From: a virus
Lineage: Duplodnaviria > Caudoviricetes
Strand: one strand, 5' to 3'
Virus record (IMG/VR): IMGVR_UViG_3300035701_000046
Location: 1 to 52,717 of that record
DNA: 52,717 nucleotides
Below the pieces are notes generated by a model that saw nothing but the letters and a program-made list of their open reading frames with translations, did not search any database and was not told the origin of the DNA. Shown in pieces: positions 1-9,728 of this stretch. How positions within the stretch are numbered: position 1 is the stretch's first letter; the number at the start of each line of letters is the position of its first letter. Made by a program: the position numbers and the translations under genes.

Positions 1-216
1 CGTCCCAACCCTTGTCAAACAGCCAGCGCATTCCTCCGTATGGCTCGTCGCTCTCCAACAACCCCTCAAACGCCTCATCCTTCCCTTTGGACACGTTTTC
101 GGGACGTGTACCCGCCTCGGACTTGTCATTCATCGTCCCGCCTCTCTCAAATGATCCTCTATGATCTCGGCCAACTTCTCCCTGATCTTTCTCTGACAGC
201 ATTTCAACTCCTGTCC

Positions 217-1578
217 TCAGACCGGTAATCCGTTATCGTTACTCGCCGATTCCTTCGCTTCCCGCGCCCAACAGTGGATTCGACCGATATCTCCACGGGG
301 ATAAAGAACCATCTGCTCATCCCCGGCTTCTCCGTCGCGATCCTTCGCGAATCCGAGGTTCAGCGTCTTGTCTTCGAAATCTTCCTCTGTCTGAGAGAGA
401 TAGAGAACGGCGGTACACCATTCGGTCGGCGCGCGTCCGTACTTGAAATCGTCCTGAGTGAGGTACTTGTCGAACTTCGTCTTTCCAGCGGCCTGCCCGA
501 ACGCGACGAGAGCGAGACCCTTCTCCTGTTTCCAACTTTTCGCCAGGAGCTGCATGCTCTCGGCGGCGAGCGCGATGTCTTTCCAGTCTAGGGTGGCAGC
601 GATGTCGGTCAACTGATCGATGATGACCAGGTCAGGATCGAATGGGAGCATCAGCAGCTCGGCTTCAATCGCGGCCATCGTGGGCTTTTTAGGGTATGAC
701 CGTACCTCGTATATCCTCTTTGCGTCTTTCCATTCCTCGGTGTCCTTCATGAAGTCTGTGAGCTGCTCCTGAGAGAGAAGCCACGGTTTTCTGAGAAGGA
801 CGTTTGTCGGGATCTCGGAGCGCCGGGCGTAGAAGCGAGCGATATCCTTCTCGGCCCGCATTTCGAGGCTGAATTTCACGACCTTGAAACCGGCAAGCGC
901 CGCCGCGTAGCCGATCTGCGTCCCGAACAGACTCTTGCCGCGTCCCGAGTATCCGAAGAGAAGGTAGTTCTCCCCTCGATACCAGCCCCCACCGAGCCTT
1001 TCGTCGAGCCAGGGGATTCCTGTCGTTATCGCGTTGGTCCCCGTGTCTCCTGCTTCAACCCGCGCGAGCAGAGTACGCAGATAGCTGTCCGCGTCTCGCG
1101 TAATCGGGTCCACACGAACCACCCGGTCACCTTCGGTCGCGAGCCGCTGCACGATCGTCATCATCGAGGTCGAGAACGCGGCGAAATTCTGCCTGTCGAG
1201 ATGTTCGAGACTCTCGCCGATGCCCTGGTGAGCAACGTGGACTTTGTGCTTGATCTTTAGCTGATCCCGGAGGAAGTCGAATCCCTCGGGTTCGGTGGTG
1301 CCGTAAATCTCATCGAGAAGGTTATCCAGTAGACCGATGTCCGTAAGGGCGAGCTTGGGATTGTCCGATTTGATCGATTGGATAAGGATCTCGCGGGAGG
1401 GCGGGATATCGTTGTACGTCTTGAGATAGGTGAAGATTGCTCTGCCGACAATCTTCGTGTAGGGATTCAGAAAGTAATCGAGCTTGAGGCCAGACTCGCG
1501 ACGGCGTAGACGCTCCCGCGTGTCGGGTTGGTGTATGAGACAGGCGAGTACCTTCGCCTCGATCGCCCGTGCATCCAT
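217..1578 (-). CDS. dnaB: DnaB-like replicative helicase
   Basis: 453 aa; 'ITTGIPWLDERLGGG', Walker A GYSGRGKS, FSLEM, Walker B 'LVIIDQL', 'AKDRDG' arginine finger. Confidence 0.92.
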   Translation of the reverse strand: MDARAIEAKVLACLIHQPDTRERLRRRESGLKLDYFLNPYTKIVGRAIFTYLKTYNDIPPSREILIQSIKSDNPKLALTDIGLLDNLLDEIYGTTEPEGFDFLRDQLKIKHKVHVAHQGIGESLEHLDRQNFAAFSTSMMTIVQRLATEGDRVVRVDPITRDADSYLRTLLARVEAGDTGTNAITTGIPWLDERLGGGWYRGENYLLFGYSGRGKSLFGTQIGYAAALAGFKVVKFSLEMRAEKDIARFYARRSEIPTNVLLRKPWLLSQEQLTDFMKDTEEWKDAKRIYEVRSYPKKPTMAAIEAELLMLPFDPDLVIIDQLTDIAATLDWKDIALAAESMQLLAKSWKQEKGLALVAFGQAAGKTKFDKYLTQDDFKYGRAPTEWCTAVLYLSQTEEDFEDKTLNLGFAKDRDGEAGDEQMVLYPRGDIGRIHCWAREAKESASNDNGLPV

Positions 1579-1758
1579 TGTTCAGCTATATGTAAACGGT
1601 TGCAGTGTTGTCGTTGAAAAGAGAGATTTGAGGGTACTACTTTCACGGCTTGATCTGCAAGAGAATCAGAGACCCGGCTCCGTTTTTCTGTGGAAAACAT
1701 GTGGCCCTGCGAGAAACGACGGAGCCACAATATCTTGAGCAAGTCTAGGCGATCGATA

Positions 1759-2673
1759 CTACTGGTTCGGTTTCTCCGAGACGGTCGCTCCGAGCGGTTT
1801 CCATTTGTTCATGAACCTCAGCTCGCATAGGTAAACCCGCGTGCTATACACGCACCGGGCACAAGGAAACAACGAGGTCTGACTGCCCCCGGTCTTTTCG
1901 AAAGGGAGCCGTTTCATACAGGGAGGCTCCCCGGTCAGAGTAGCCCTGTGGGCAATTACACGGTCAATATCGGCTTTATTCTCTCGGAAATCGGGAGATT
2001 CACGAGTGATCTTCATCGTGGAGAAAGCGAATGCCCTCGAAACGATTGACCATCCGGCTCTCTTGGAGAAGGCGGCATGCCCCATGTTCGTGTTCATCAC
2101 AACACATCGCTTCCGCCGTCCACCGGCAGTGACCCGATCGATCAGATCGAAAAGGTCCTCAGCGTCCCACCATTTCTTCTCGCCCTCAGAGGAGAGATTA
2201 TCGATGATCACCAGCCGGGCTGCGTTGAGCATCTCCAGAAGTTCCACGTAGAGAGCCGGGTTGTGCATGATGAATTTTTTCTTGTCCACCCACTCACGGA
2301 TCGACACACAGAGCGTTGGGATCTTGTGGACTTCAATCGCCTCGCTGGCAATCATGTAACTGAGAAAACTCTTCCCTCGCCCAGACTCACCGATGATCAG
2401 CAAACCGGTTCCCGCGTGGATGTGGAATCGAATCTGTCTCGCGAATTCCATCGCTTTTCTAAGAGGTTCCCGATTAGGGACCTGGTAATCCTCCCACTGG
2501 CTAAACAAGTAGTCGAACGGCACGCCGCTCTTGAAGGCCCGCTCGACAAAATGGAGCGCCTCCCTATCCACCGGCCCGCGCATGACCTGGGGGAAGCTCT
2601 CTTTGAGAATCTCCCGGAGCTGCGTTGGGTAGGACGAGCGCAGATCGAAATCGCGGAGGCTTCTGTCTTGCAT
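1759..2673 (-). CDS. DnaC/IstB-like AAA+ ATPase (helicase loader)
   Basis: 'GLLIIGESGRGKSFLS', Walker B 'LVIIDNL', 'MNTN', 'IVSR'; adjacent to dnaB; start moved to ATG 2673 after GAGGTG. Confidence 0.85.
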   Translation of the reverse strand: MQDRSLRDFDLRSSYPTQLREILKESFPQVMRGPVDREALHFVERAFKSGVPFDYLFSQWEDYQVPNREPLRKAMEFARQIRFHIHAGTGLLIIGESGRGKSFLSYMIASEAIEVHKIPTLCVSIREWVDKKKFIMHNPALYVELLEMLNAARLVIIDNLSSEGEKKWWDAEDLFDLIDRVTAGGRRKRCVVMNTNMGHAAFSKRAGWSIVSRAFAFSTMKITRESPDFRENKADIDRVIAHRATLTGEPPCMKRLPFEKTGGSQTSLFPCARCVYSTRVYLCELRFMNKWKPLGATVSEKPNQ

Positions 2674-2680
2674 GTTCACC

Positions 2681-2866
2681 TCATTCCGGCATCGGCGGAT
2701 CTGATTTGTTCCCGAGAATCCAATCGATTGCCGCGACAACGCCATCCTCGTATGTCCCCATTTCGGGACGTTCCCTTCCCGCTTCGCGGTCATCGATACT
2801 ATCCATCGCCTTCTGCGCCTGGTCGTCGATCTCCGCTTTGGTCCGTTCTGTTATTAAGTTCTCCAT
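2681..2866 (-). CDS. small hypothetical protein
   Basis: 61 aa, AGGA SD, 'TYEDGVVAAIDWILG'. Confidence 0.65.
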   Translation of the reverse strand: MENLITERTKAEIDDQAQKAMDSIDDREAGRERPEMGTYEDGVVAAIDWILGNKSDPPMPE

Positions 2867-2911
2867 TCTTTCCTCACATTCTGTTAGTGGGCCTTTCGAC
2901 GACGCCGGGCT

Positions 2912-3835
2912 TTACTCGTGCTCTGGCGGTTTTATGGCATATTCCTTCTCGACGAATCCGGGCAGACGGCCATGTACCATAGTGTGCCGTACCCAAATCC
3001 GTCGGCCATCCCAGAGCCGACGAATATGACCACGTCTGAAATGAGAACGGAATCCAGGACCAGTGCCTGTCGAAGTATGTGGTGAGTCCCAAACTTCTGA
3101 ATCAACGACTAAAACCTTGTACGAATATAGTGGAGTTCTATCTCTTCGTTTTCTCGCGCGTACCAGCTTTTCAGGGGGGGCTATATCCCTCGTTTTGACG
3201 TTATGAAGTGAGAGCATTACCATGAGGTTCAGTGCCGCGCCGAAATCGGTAAGGTACTCATTAACTACTTTCGCAGGATCCAATCCCCCTGCTCGTAGCT
3301 TTTCCTGCATGCTTGGAGAAAGCGCCGAAGTTGCTTGGAACCCTGGGCCGTGATCAGGAAGGAACATGACTGCCGCTGTCCCCTCTGTCATCCATCTCGG
3401 ATATTCAGACTTGAAATACGATGTACTAAAAACGTAGAAAGCGCGTCCTGGACCGTCTTCTTTGAAACGTTCTTCTACGAATCTTTTCCCGACAGCGCCT
3501 GCGTTTGAAAAGACAAGCGTGATTTTCCATCCTCGGCAGATGATCTTAAATTCTGATCCCGTCTCTGGCGTGTCTTCTCTCAGAAATTCTTCGGTGAGAA
3601 TAATCGTAGGCTCGGCTGGCAGCCTTATCGTTGCCTTCAAATCTTCTGTGATCACATTTGTCTCACCAAGAATCATGGCAGCATCGGGCAAGTAGAAACG
3701 TTGCCCGAATTTCAAACCTCTCGCCAATAACACGAGATTGGTAGCGACACTGGGATCTGAACTGCGATCATTGACACACCGTGTAGCCAATTCTCGGATA
3801 TCTTTCTCGGCTTGTGTGAACTTGGACCAGTGCAT
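2912..3835 (-). CDS. hypothetical phage protein with C-terminal H-x-RRGH-x-R motif
   Basis: 307 aa, GGAG SD, 'RSHFRRGHIRRLWDGRRIWVR'. Confidence 0.8.
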   Translation of the reverse strand: MHWSKFTQAEKDIRELATRCVNDRSSDPSVATNLVLLARGLKFGQRFYLPDAAMILGETNVITEDLKATIRLPAEPTIILTEEFLREDTPETGSEFKIICRGWKITLVFSNAGAVGKRFVEERFKEDGPGRAFYVFSTSYFKSEYPRWMTEGTAAVMFLPDHGPGFQATSALSPSMQEKLRAGGLDPAKVVNEYLTDFGAALNLMVMLSLHNVKTRDIAPPEKLVRARKRRDRTPLYSYKVLVVDSEVWDSPHTSTGTGPGFRSHFRRGHIRRLWDGRRIWVRHTMVHGRLPGFVEKEYAIKPPEHE

Positions 3836-3848
3836 ATTGCTCCATCAA

Positions 3849-3976
3849 TTCCCGCGTGTCGGTTGGTCTGGTGCTGTCAGGGAGAATTGCAAAGCCCTTT
3901 TGCCCATTTGCCGTTATTTCCGACTTTGCAGGGCGCGACCTCACCGCTACTAGCGTAACGTTCGCGGACGCGGGAA
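3849..3976 (-). ncRNA. candidate structured leader RNA, motif copy A
   Basis: 9-bp closing stem TTCCCGCGT/ACGCGGGAA; shares CCGC..GCGG-TGAGG layout with 12685-12782. Confidence 0.5.
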
Positions 3977-3989
3977 CTCGTTATGACCC

Positions 3990-4169
3990 CTAGACCCCGA
4001 GGTCCGGCGCTGCGCTTTTCTCGATGAGGTCTCGAACCCGTGCGATCTCGCCTTCGACTTGCTCCGCCATGACGGCGGCGTCTTTGGCTTCGGCGAGGAA
4101 CTTGTCCCGCCTCTTTTCGAGACGCTTGATCTCGCTCTCCAACGACTTCTTCGCTCTGGTACTCAGCAT
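3990..4169 (-). CDS. small coiled-coil protein (below ORF-track cutoff)
   Basis: 59 aa MLSTRAKKSLESEIKRLEKRRDK..., AAGGAG SD. Confidence 0.65.
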   Translation of the reverse strand: MLSTRAKKSLESEIKRLEKRRDKFLAEAKDAAVMAEQVEGEIARVRDLIEKSAAPDLGV

Positions 4170-4192
4170 CGTTGCTCCTTCCGTGGTTTTGG

Positions 4193-4381
4193 TTACTCTC
4201 CTCTGGTCAGGATCGCAATCTCTCCTGCCAACTCCTGATGATAGCGACGGCTGACCGGCGTCGAGGCCGGTTTCGCCTGGGATTTATGGTGATAGTAGAG
4301 CTTCAGCAGTAACGCTCGTTGTCGTTTCTCGATTTCTAACAGCCTGTTGAGCTGCGAAGCAAAGTCTTCAAGATTTTCCAT
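4193..4381 (-). CDS. hypothetical protein
   Basis: MENLEDFASQ..., GAGG SD, packed operon. Confidence 0.5.
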   Translation of the reverse strand: MENLEDFASQLNRLLEIEKRQRALLLKLYYHHKSQAKPASTPVSRRYHQELAGEIAILTRGE

Positions 4382-4904
4382 CGGGCCTCTCTCGTGAGCG
4401 ATCACCACAGAACTTCTCTTCCAGAAGGTCAATGCGCGCTCTCTCTATCTGGATGTCTCCTGGGTCGCATTCGTCCGCGCAGAGATCAACCCAACCTCTC
4501 CAGGCCCCATACGCCTCTTTGAGCGCGGTCTTCATCTCATCGAAAGTAGTAATGACCCACTCACCCGAACCGCCGGATCTCACATGGCGGAGTTCTATCT
4601 GTAGACGTTCTTCAAGTGAAAAAGCCATCTCCACCTCCCTCTGACCGATTGGACATAGGTCAAAGGGATGCTGTCGGCATCTGGCGCATTCGTCAAGATG
4701 CTTATGGAACTGGTCGGGATTCGCTGTCGGCACATCTCCGTCTGGCCTTGTGCCGTGCATACGGTCCGTGACATTCGGGAAGTACCTCTTGAGCATCTCG
4801 CCTGGCGTCATTCCCTTCTCCGGGAATCTCTGACTGAGGCTCTTACACTGCTCACACGTCTCTTCGGGTCCTTCCCAGTAGTTGCACCAGATGTGATGAC
4901 CCAT
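4368..4904 (-). CDS. hypothetical protein with Cys/His clusters
   Basis: 178 aa, GGAGG SD; HHIWC..CEQC and HLDECARC..C. Confidence 0.65.
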   Translation of the reverse strand: MGHHIWCNYWEGPEETCEQCKSLSQRFPEKGMTPGEMLKRYFPNVTDRMHGTRPDGDVPTANPDQFHKHLDECARCRQHPFDLCPIGQREVEMAFSLEERLQIELRHVRSGGSGEWVITTFDEMKTALKEAYGAWRGWVDLCADECDPGDIQIERARIDLLEEKFCGDRSRERPDGKS

Positions 4905-5065
4905 CTCTTCCCTCCGTTTACCCGCCGACGCTTCGAGCGACGAGAATCACGATCCCGACGAAAAGCCCTGCTAAGGCGGCGATTGTTGCGATTACGATGA
5001 CGATCGCCACTACGAGCACGAACAAATCTCGAATCGCCGAGAACAATTTCGTCCTTTCGGTTTCC

Positions 5066-5407
5066 TCACGGCTCTGCTTGATACTCGGCTGTCGTCCGCC
5101 AATCTCGCTTCGTCCATATCCGCGCTGCTCGCGCCTTCCTCTCCTCATGAGCGAGTTTCCATGCTTCCTCAGAGAGTTGACACCAGCAGGGGGACTGCGT
5201 TAGATGTCCGATTCGCTTCGCTATCTTTTTCAGGTCTTCAGAGCAGATTCGTCCGAACTGGATGAACCCGCTTTGGTGCCATTTCTCCGCGATCTCGAAA
5301 TCCTCGCGATTCATGTGGGCCGTCTTAACCCGTCCGGCGTCCACTACCTGTGTCTCCAGAAAGAGGAGAAGGCTTCTCTCCTCTTTCGTCATTTCTGCGA
5401 GCGTCAT
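5066..5407 (-). CDS. hypothetical phage protein
   Basis: MTLAEMTKEERSLLLFLET..HMNREDFEIAEKW; AGGAG SD. Confidence 0.7.
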   Translation of the reverse strand: MTLAEMTKEERSLLLFLETQVVDAGRVKTAHMNREDFEIAEKWHQSGFIQFGRICSEDLKKIAKRIGHLTQSPCWCQLSEEAWKLAHEERKARAARIWTKRDWRTTAEYQAEP

Positions 5408-5423
5408 GTCTACTCTCCTGGTG

Positions 5424-5741
5424 CTAAGCTGATGGCTTACGATAACGGGGTTCTCCGTGTAACGGACAGAACGCCGTTCCCTCTGTCGGGTTGCACTCAC
5501 AAGCGCGGTCTCCGATATTAGGCGGGGCATCGAAGGCGGCAATGGCGGCGCAAACTTCCGCGTCGGCAACGGTGTGCTCTTCAAGTGTTGACGCATCTAT
5601 TTTCTTTCTCGCCGCCTCGATGAGCGGCTTGACTCGCTCCGCGTGGGCGTCCCAACCGGCATCGAACGCCGTTGGTGTCATCGGTTGCAGCGGTGCGCTT
5701 GTTGTCCACCACTCCTCAAACGCCCTATCCTTGTCGGTCAT
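5424..5741 (-). CDS. hypothetical protein
   Basis: 105 aa; ATGA coupling with upstream gene. Confidence 0.6.
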   Translation of the reverse strand: MTDKDRAFEEWWTTSAPLQPMTPTAFDAGWDAHAERVKPLIEAARKKIDASTLEEHTVADAEVCAAIAAFDAPPNIGDRACECNPTEGTAFCPLHGEPRYRKPSA

Positions 5742-5938
5742 TCGGCCACCCCCTTGCTCTTCAAAATGATCTGCTCAAAGTGCTGGATGTAGTGGATCGA
5801 TCCACTCTCGTGCCGCACACGCCAACAATCGCCCGTCGCCTGGGGTACGTAGAGCACCAGGCAGTTGTGCATAGAGGCATCGTCGCCAAAGTAGATGTTT
5901 ACCAGATCGCCCTCTTGAATCTTGTCCTTGTCGATCAT
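5738..5938 (-). CDS. small beta-rich hypothetical protein
   Basis: 66 aa, GGAGG SD, ATGA coupling. Confidence 0.65.
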   Translation of the reverse strand: MIDKDKIQEGDLVNIYFGDDASMHNCLVLYVPQATGDCWRVRHESGSIHYIQHFEQIILKSKGVAE

Positions 5939-6123
5939 GGCTTGGCCTCCTCAATCTCGCATTTGCACGGCCACGACCCGCTACCCCACCCGCATATAGG
6001 ACATATCCATCGAGCGCCACACGCGCAATTACCCTCGCCGGTCCACGGCTCCGGCTTTGGTTGATTCCATTTGTACGGGCGTAGGTCTGGATGGTGGCAA
6101 ATATGCTGCTCTTTCCCACTCAT
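5935..6123 (-). CDS. small Zn-finger protein
   Basis: CxC/CxxC clusters, ATGA coupling at both ends. Confidence 0.55.
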   Translation of the reverse strand: MSGKEQHICHHPDLRPYKWNQPKPEPWTGEGNCACGARWICPICGWGSGSWPCKCEIEEAKP

Positions 6124-6329
6124 TTCCCCTCCCTTGCAATCCGTTGGCACACGCGGGAGGCGGCAATAGCGTCGGAAAGCGCCATCTGTTTGTCGGACAC
6201 CTCAAACTCCTCGCACGCCTCGTAGTCCACCGCCGCCCTCAACACCGGCTCCACGTCGGCGCGGTAGGTGGTGAAGTCGTCCGGCTGATCTCTTATCGGC
6301 TCACCAGGATCGCTGTATTTCTCGCTCAC
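6120..6329 (-). CDS. hypothetical protein
   Basis: 69 aa, GGAGG SD, GTG start. Confidence 0.55.
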   Translation of the reverse strand: MSEKYSDPGEPIRDQPDDFTTYRADVEPVLRAAVDYEACEEFEVSDKQMALSDAIAASRVCQRIAREGK

Positions 6330-6345
6330 TTCTTTCCTCCCTTGA

Positions 6346-6834
6346 CTACCCGGAAACAGGGGATCGTTTGGCCCATTTCTGGCAAAGCATCATGTGGCCT
6401 CGGGCCGCGTCCCACGCCTTGTTGTATCCAGTGAAATCAAGTTCTAGCCCCGATATTTGTGGAAGCCCGCAACCGCAGTCTTTCGATACACACGGATCTC
6501 CCGCCCTGAATACCATCGTCTCGTATTTGCGATCATAGCCGATGTACGCGAATCCAAACTCTTTCATGTAGGCGTGGTCAAAATCGTCGCCGCGAAGTTG
6601 CTGGTTAGCAACTAGCCAAGCTGGTTTGTAGACCTTCGCGTGTATTTCTCTGCTCCCGCGCTCCGGCCAGTACTCTCCGACCGTCGATATGAGCCACGGG
6701 CCAACCTTCGTGCAAAGATGAAAACGGCACCACTGGGCGCAGATGAAGTGCCCGGCGTGCCCGAACCACTTCCACCGCTGTTTTGGAATCGGCCTATCCC
6801 TCGTGACCCAGACCCTCATGGTTTTCTTCGGCAT
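6346..6834 (-). CDS. hypothetical phage protein
   Basis: 'WKWFGHAGHFICAQWCRFHLCT..STVGEY..YETMVF'; start uncertain. Confidence 0.7.
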   Translation of the reverse strand: MPKKTMRVWVTRDRPIPKQRWKWFGHAGHFICAQWCRFHLCTKVGPWLISTVGEYWPERGSREIHAKVYKPAWLVANQQLRGDDFDHAYMKEFGFAYIGYDRKYETMVFRAGDPCVSKDCGCGLPQISGLELDFTGYNKAWDAARGHMMLCQKWAKRSPVSG

Positions 6835-6853
6835 GGCTTCGTATATCGGATTC

Positions 6854-7405
6854 TTACTCAATCGGCAATGCCTGAACATCCCACTGGAGCAAACCGTCCA
6901 GGGGCCTTTCGTCTTTCACGGGCCGACGCACTCGGACAAACACGCCGCTACTCTGAGGATCCGGGTCTATGCGCTCAATCTCCATATCCGCAAACGCAAG
7001 TCGCATTATTTCTGCCGTGAAACGCCAGTGATCTCCGGGATAGTCGTGTCGTCCAAAACCAGGCCCGCGAGTCGTAAGCATCAACACTCCACCAGGCTTG
7101 AGCGTCTGTTTCATCGCCACCACAGCCTCTTTCCAACGCTCGGCGTGTTCCAGCATTTCTGTACTGACAACCAAGTCGAATTGTGATGGCATTTCCTTGC
7201 CGACGTCGCAAACGTCCATCACTTTATCCACCCCTAACCCGGCCTGTAGATCGATGCCCAAGTAGTAAAGCGGCTTGAAAGCCTTCAGCAACCCGCGCCA
7301 AGATCCATTCACGTCTAACGAACCCGCTTCCAGAACGGTCTTTCCCTTGACATCTTCTTCCTTGATGTTTTCCTGTCCCCACCGCAACACTGATTGATGA
7401 CACAT
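6854..7405 (-). CDS. class I SAM-dependent methyltransferase
   Basis: 'VLEAGSLDVNGS', 'FDLVVSTEMLEH', 'LKPGG', 'HDYPGDHWRF'. Confidence 0.88.
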   Translation of the reverse strand: MCHQSVLRWGQENIKEEDVKGKTVLEAGSLDVNGSWRGLLKAFKPLYYLGIDLQAGLGVDKVMDVCDVGKEMPSQFDLVVSTEMLEHAERWKEAVVAMKQTLKPGGVLMLTTRGPGFGRHDYPGDHWRFTAEIMRLAFADMEIERIDPDPQSSGVFVRVRRPVKDERPLDGLLQWDVQALPIE

Positions 7406-7410
7406 CGCCG

Positions 7411-7632
7411 CTAACTCTTTTCCAGCAGATCCGCTAGCTGTGCATCTGTGAGATCCAACAAAACCCGTAGCACGATTTCCTCATTCACCAAACCACCGCA
7501 GAGGACGTGGGGAATATCATGCCGCTCGTTTTCTTCTTCAAACGCCAGGTTCTTTACCGTAAGCGGAAGACCACAACTAGGACATTGCTCCACTGAGTTC
7601 GTCCTCTCGACCTTATACCTTTTTAGTTTCAC
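7411..7632 (-). CDS. small Zn-ribbon protein
   Basis: CPSCG..HVLC. Confidence 0.5.
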   Translation of the reverse strand: MKLKRYKVERTNSVEQCPSCGLPLTVKNLAFEEENERHDIPHVLCGGLVNEEIVLRVLLDLTDAQLADLLEKS

Positions 7633-7683
7633 GCCAAGTTCGTCTAGCCAGATTCGCTTCCCAAGGCAACATCTGCAGATTTG

Positions 7684-7983
7684 CTAGCCCTCCACCGGAT
7701 CGTATGTCGCCGCGAAGATGTCCGGCTTGCAGGGATAGAGTTCGCCCTTGACGCCGCGTATGATGTAGTCTCCCCACGACACAGATAACGTGCCCTCTTT
7801 TGTGCCAATCAACAGCCGATGGCGGGCTGTATCTGTTGGATCAATAAACAGCGCACCTTCTCCGATCGGCTCATTCCACGCGAGATTCAGCCAGTTCGGC
7901 CACTCGCTGTTGTCCGACCGCCTAGCCTCCGTCATTTGGAAAGCCTCAATCACAACCGGCTTTTTCCTGAACTTGTAGTTCAT
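7684..7983 (-). CDS. conserved phage protein (KKPVVIEA..GDYII..YPCKPDIF family)
   Basis: characteristic motif string; AAGGAG SD. Confidence 0.85.
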   Translation of the reverse strand: MNYKFRKKPVVIEAFQMTEARRSDNSEWPNWLNLAWNEPIGEGALFIDPTDTARHRLLIGTKEGTLSVSWGDYIIRGVKGELYPCKPDIFAATYDPVEG

Positions 7984-8012
7984 CTCGTCTCCTTCCGCCC
8001 GCCGTAGCGGGG

Positions 8013-8294
8013 TTACTTCCCCTCTTGTCCGAACACCTCGGCGCGGATCGCGGCCTTGTGACAGGAGAACGCGCACGGCGTTTCTTCGCATTCACAGAGG
8101 CTATCGTGAAATGCATCCGACAAAGCCAGAATCTCTCTCAACCTCTCTCGCAGCGTGGCGATCTCCTCCCGCTGTGCCGCGTCGTGGGAATCAATAAAAT
8201 CTTGCGCCGCGTTTCGTTCTGATGGAGTTGGGCTGTTTAGCGAGCGCATCTGATATTCAAATACTTCCCTCGTCAACGCCCTGCTATCGGTCAT
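8013..8294 (-). CDS. hypothetical protein
   Basis: ATGA coupling with upstream gene; coiled coil plus Cys cluster. Confidence 0.55.
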   Translation of the reverse strand: MTDSRALTREVFEYQMRSLNSPTPSERNAAQDFIDSHDAAQREEIATLRERLREILALSDAFHDSLCECEETPCAFSCHKAAIRAEVFGQEGK

Positions 8295-8647
8295 TCTCTC
8301 CCTCCTTTCCATTCTTCCCAGTCTTCACCATCGGATAACACAGCAAACTTCCATACCCAAGAAGACCCGTCTACGTAGAGCCTAGGAAAATCCCAAATGT
8401 TCTGCTCATCGGACGTATACCGAACACGCTCCAGGGGAAGTCCTGGCATCTGTATTTCGTGGCAACGCTGCCCGCGCCACACTAGGAACGCATACCGGCC
8501 CTCCCCGTAGTCCAGCCCCGGCACCCTCACCCATGACAGATCCAACTTGTCGCAATCAGTGACGAAGTGCTTGATGTTGTTTATGGCGTTCTCCTCGGTG
8601 GCTCCGTCAACCGGCCCCGCCCCGGGATTAATTATTACCATGCTCAT
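8291..8647 (-). CDS. hypothetical phage protein
   Basis: 118 aa, purine-rich SD, 'IQMPGLPLERVRY..FPRLYVDGSSW'. Confidence 0.7.
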   Translation of the reverse strand: MSMVIINPGAGPVDGATEENAINNIKHFVTDCDKLDLSWVRVPGLDYGEGRYAFLVWRGQRCHEIQMPGLPLERVRYTSDEQNIWDFPRLYVDGSSWVWKFAVLSDGEDWEEWKGGRE

Positions 8648-8759
8648 TTCCCTCTCCCTCCGTTAGTGGGGCGCTGGCCGCGTGGTCCCGAATTGGACAT
8701 TTGCGGAACTCCCACACAGTCACCAGCGCCCCGTATCTTGCCCCGCGTGTCGGTTGAAC

Positions 8760-9107
8760 CTAGACGGGGAGCTTCCCCTGTCGATCTTCCGGGGGGATCG
8801 AGGTCTCTCGCACGAGCGCGCCGTTATCCTTGCGGAACCACATTTTCTTGTCGTCGGTGAAGTTGAGAACGACCTTGCACGAGACATTCCTGTATTCCCG
8901 ACCGGTTGAGATCTTCATCGCCGCGATCGTCGCATCGGCTTTGGCAAGTGCGATCTGCGCTCCGATCTCTTTCGCGAGGGAAGCCTTTTGCTCTTCGAGC
9001 GTTTCGATTCTTTGGGTCCGTTCCGCGAGGATGGACCCGGCTTCCTTGATTTCTTCGGGCGTCAATTCGCAGGCGACGTACAAGGTTTCGGTGATATCCT
9101 CGGCCAT
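8760..9107 (-). CDS. hypothetical coiled-coil phage protein
   Basis: 115 aa, GGGAG SD. Confidence 0.75.
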   Translation of the reverse strand: MAEDITETLYVACELTPEEIKEAGSILAERTQRIETLEEQKASLAKEIGAQIALAKADATIAAMKISTGREYRNVSCKVVLNFTDDKKMWFRKDNGALVRETSIPPEDRQGKLPV

Positions 9108-9108
9108 A

Positions 9109-9393
9109 TTAGCTCCCTTCGCTTTTCTGTGAGTGGCCTTTTTCGTAACTCCCGTTCTTCAAGGCTTTCCAGTCTTCGTCTTTCATGCGGCGGTAACGAC
9201 CTTTGAGGATGCGGCGGCATTCGTAGCAAAGGCATCGCGGCACAAAATCCCAAATGCCATCTTCGAAGATCTTATACGGACCCCCCAAATCCCAGCTCGA
9301 TGAATCACAATATCCGCATCGGGCTTCTGGACTCCTGGCAGGGCCGTCATCCAATCCCTCTTCGCCGTTATCGTCACGTTCTCTTTGCCTCAT
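9109..9393 (-). CDS. CGYC..CxxC zinc-finger protein, paralogue 1
   Basis: ATGA coupling at 9390-9393; aligns with 9713-9925. Confidence 0.6.
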   Translation of the reverse strand: MRQRERDDNGEEGLDDGPARSPEARCGYCDSSSWDLGGPYKIFEDGIWDFVPRCLCYECRRILKGRYRRMKDEDWKALKNGSYEKGHSQKSEGS

Positions 9394-9728
9394 TCGAACT
9401 TCCACTTTTCCTTCATCCGGGCGATGAGATCCCGCTCCTCGCCTTTTTTGGACCGCTGCGATGCGTCCATCCACCGTTCCCAATAGCGAACCGCTTTCTT
9501 GAGATCCCGGCGCATCGCGTCCTTCTCGCGGATGAGTTCCTGAGTTTGCTCGAAGACGTTCTTATTCCTGAGTACCGCTATCTCAAAAGCCTGGGTGGTG
9601 ATCACCATCGAGCGGTTCAGCTCGCGGAGCGCACGCTTCCGGCGATCAGACTTCCTCTTGGTTTGTTCTAGCTGCTCCTGGAGATTTCCTACCAATTCTC
9701 CCGCCGCTCTTTCTATTTGGTCTGACAT
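9390..9728 (-). CDS. coiled-coil hypothetical protein
   Basis: MSDQIERAAG..., GAGGG SD. Confidence 0.65.
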   Translation of the reverse strand: MSDQIERAAGELVGNLQEQLEQTKRKSDRRKRALRELNRSMVITTQAFEIAVLRNKNVFEQTQELIREKDAMRRDLKKAVRYWERWMDASQRSKKGEERDLIARMKEKWKFE

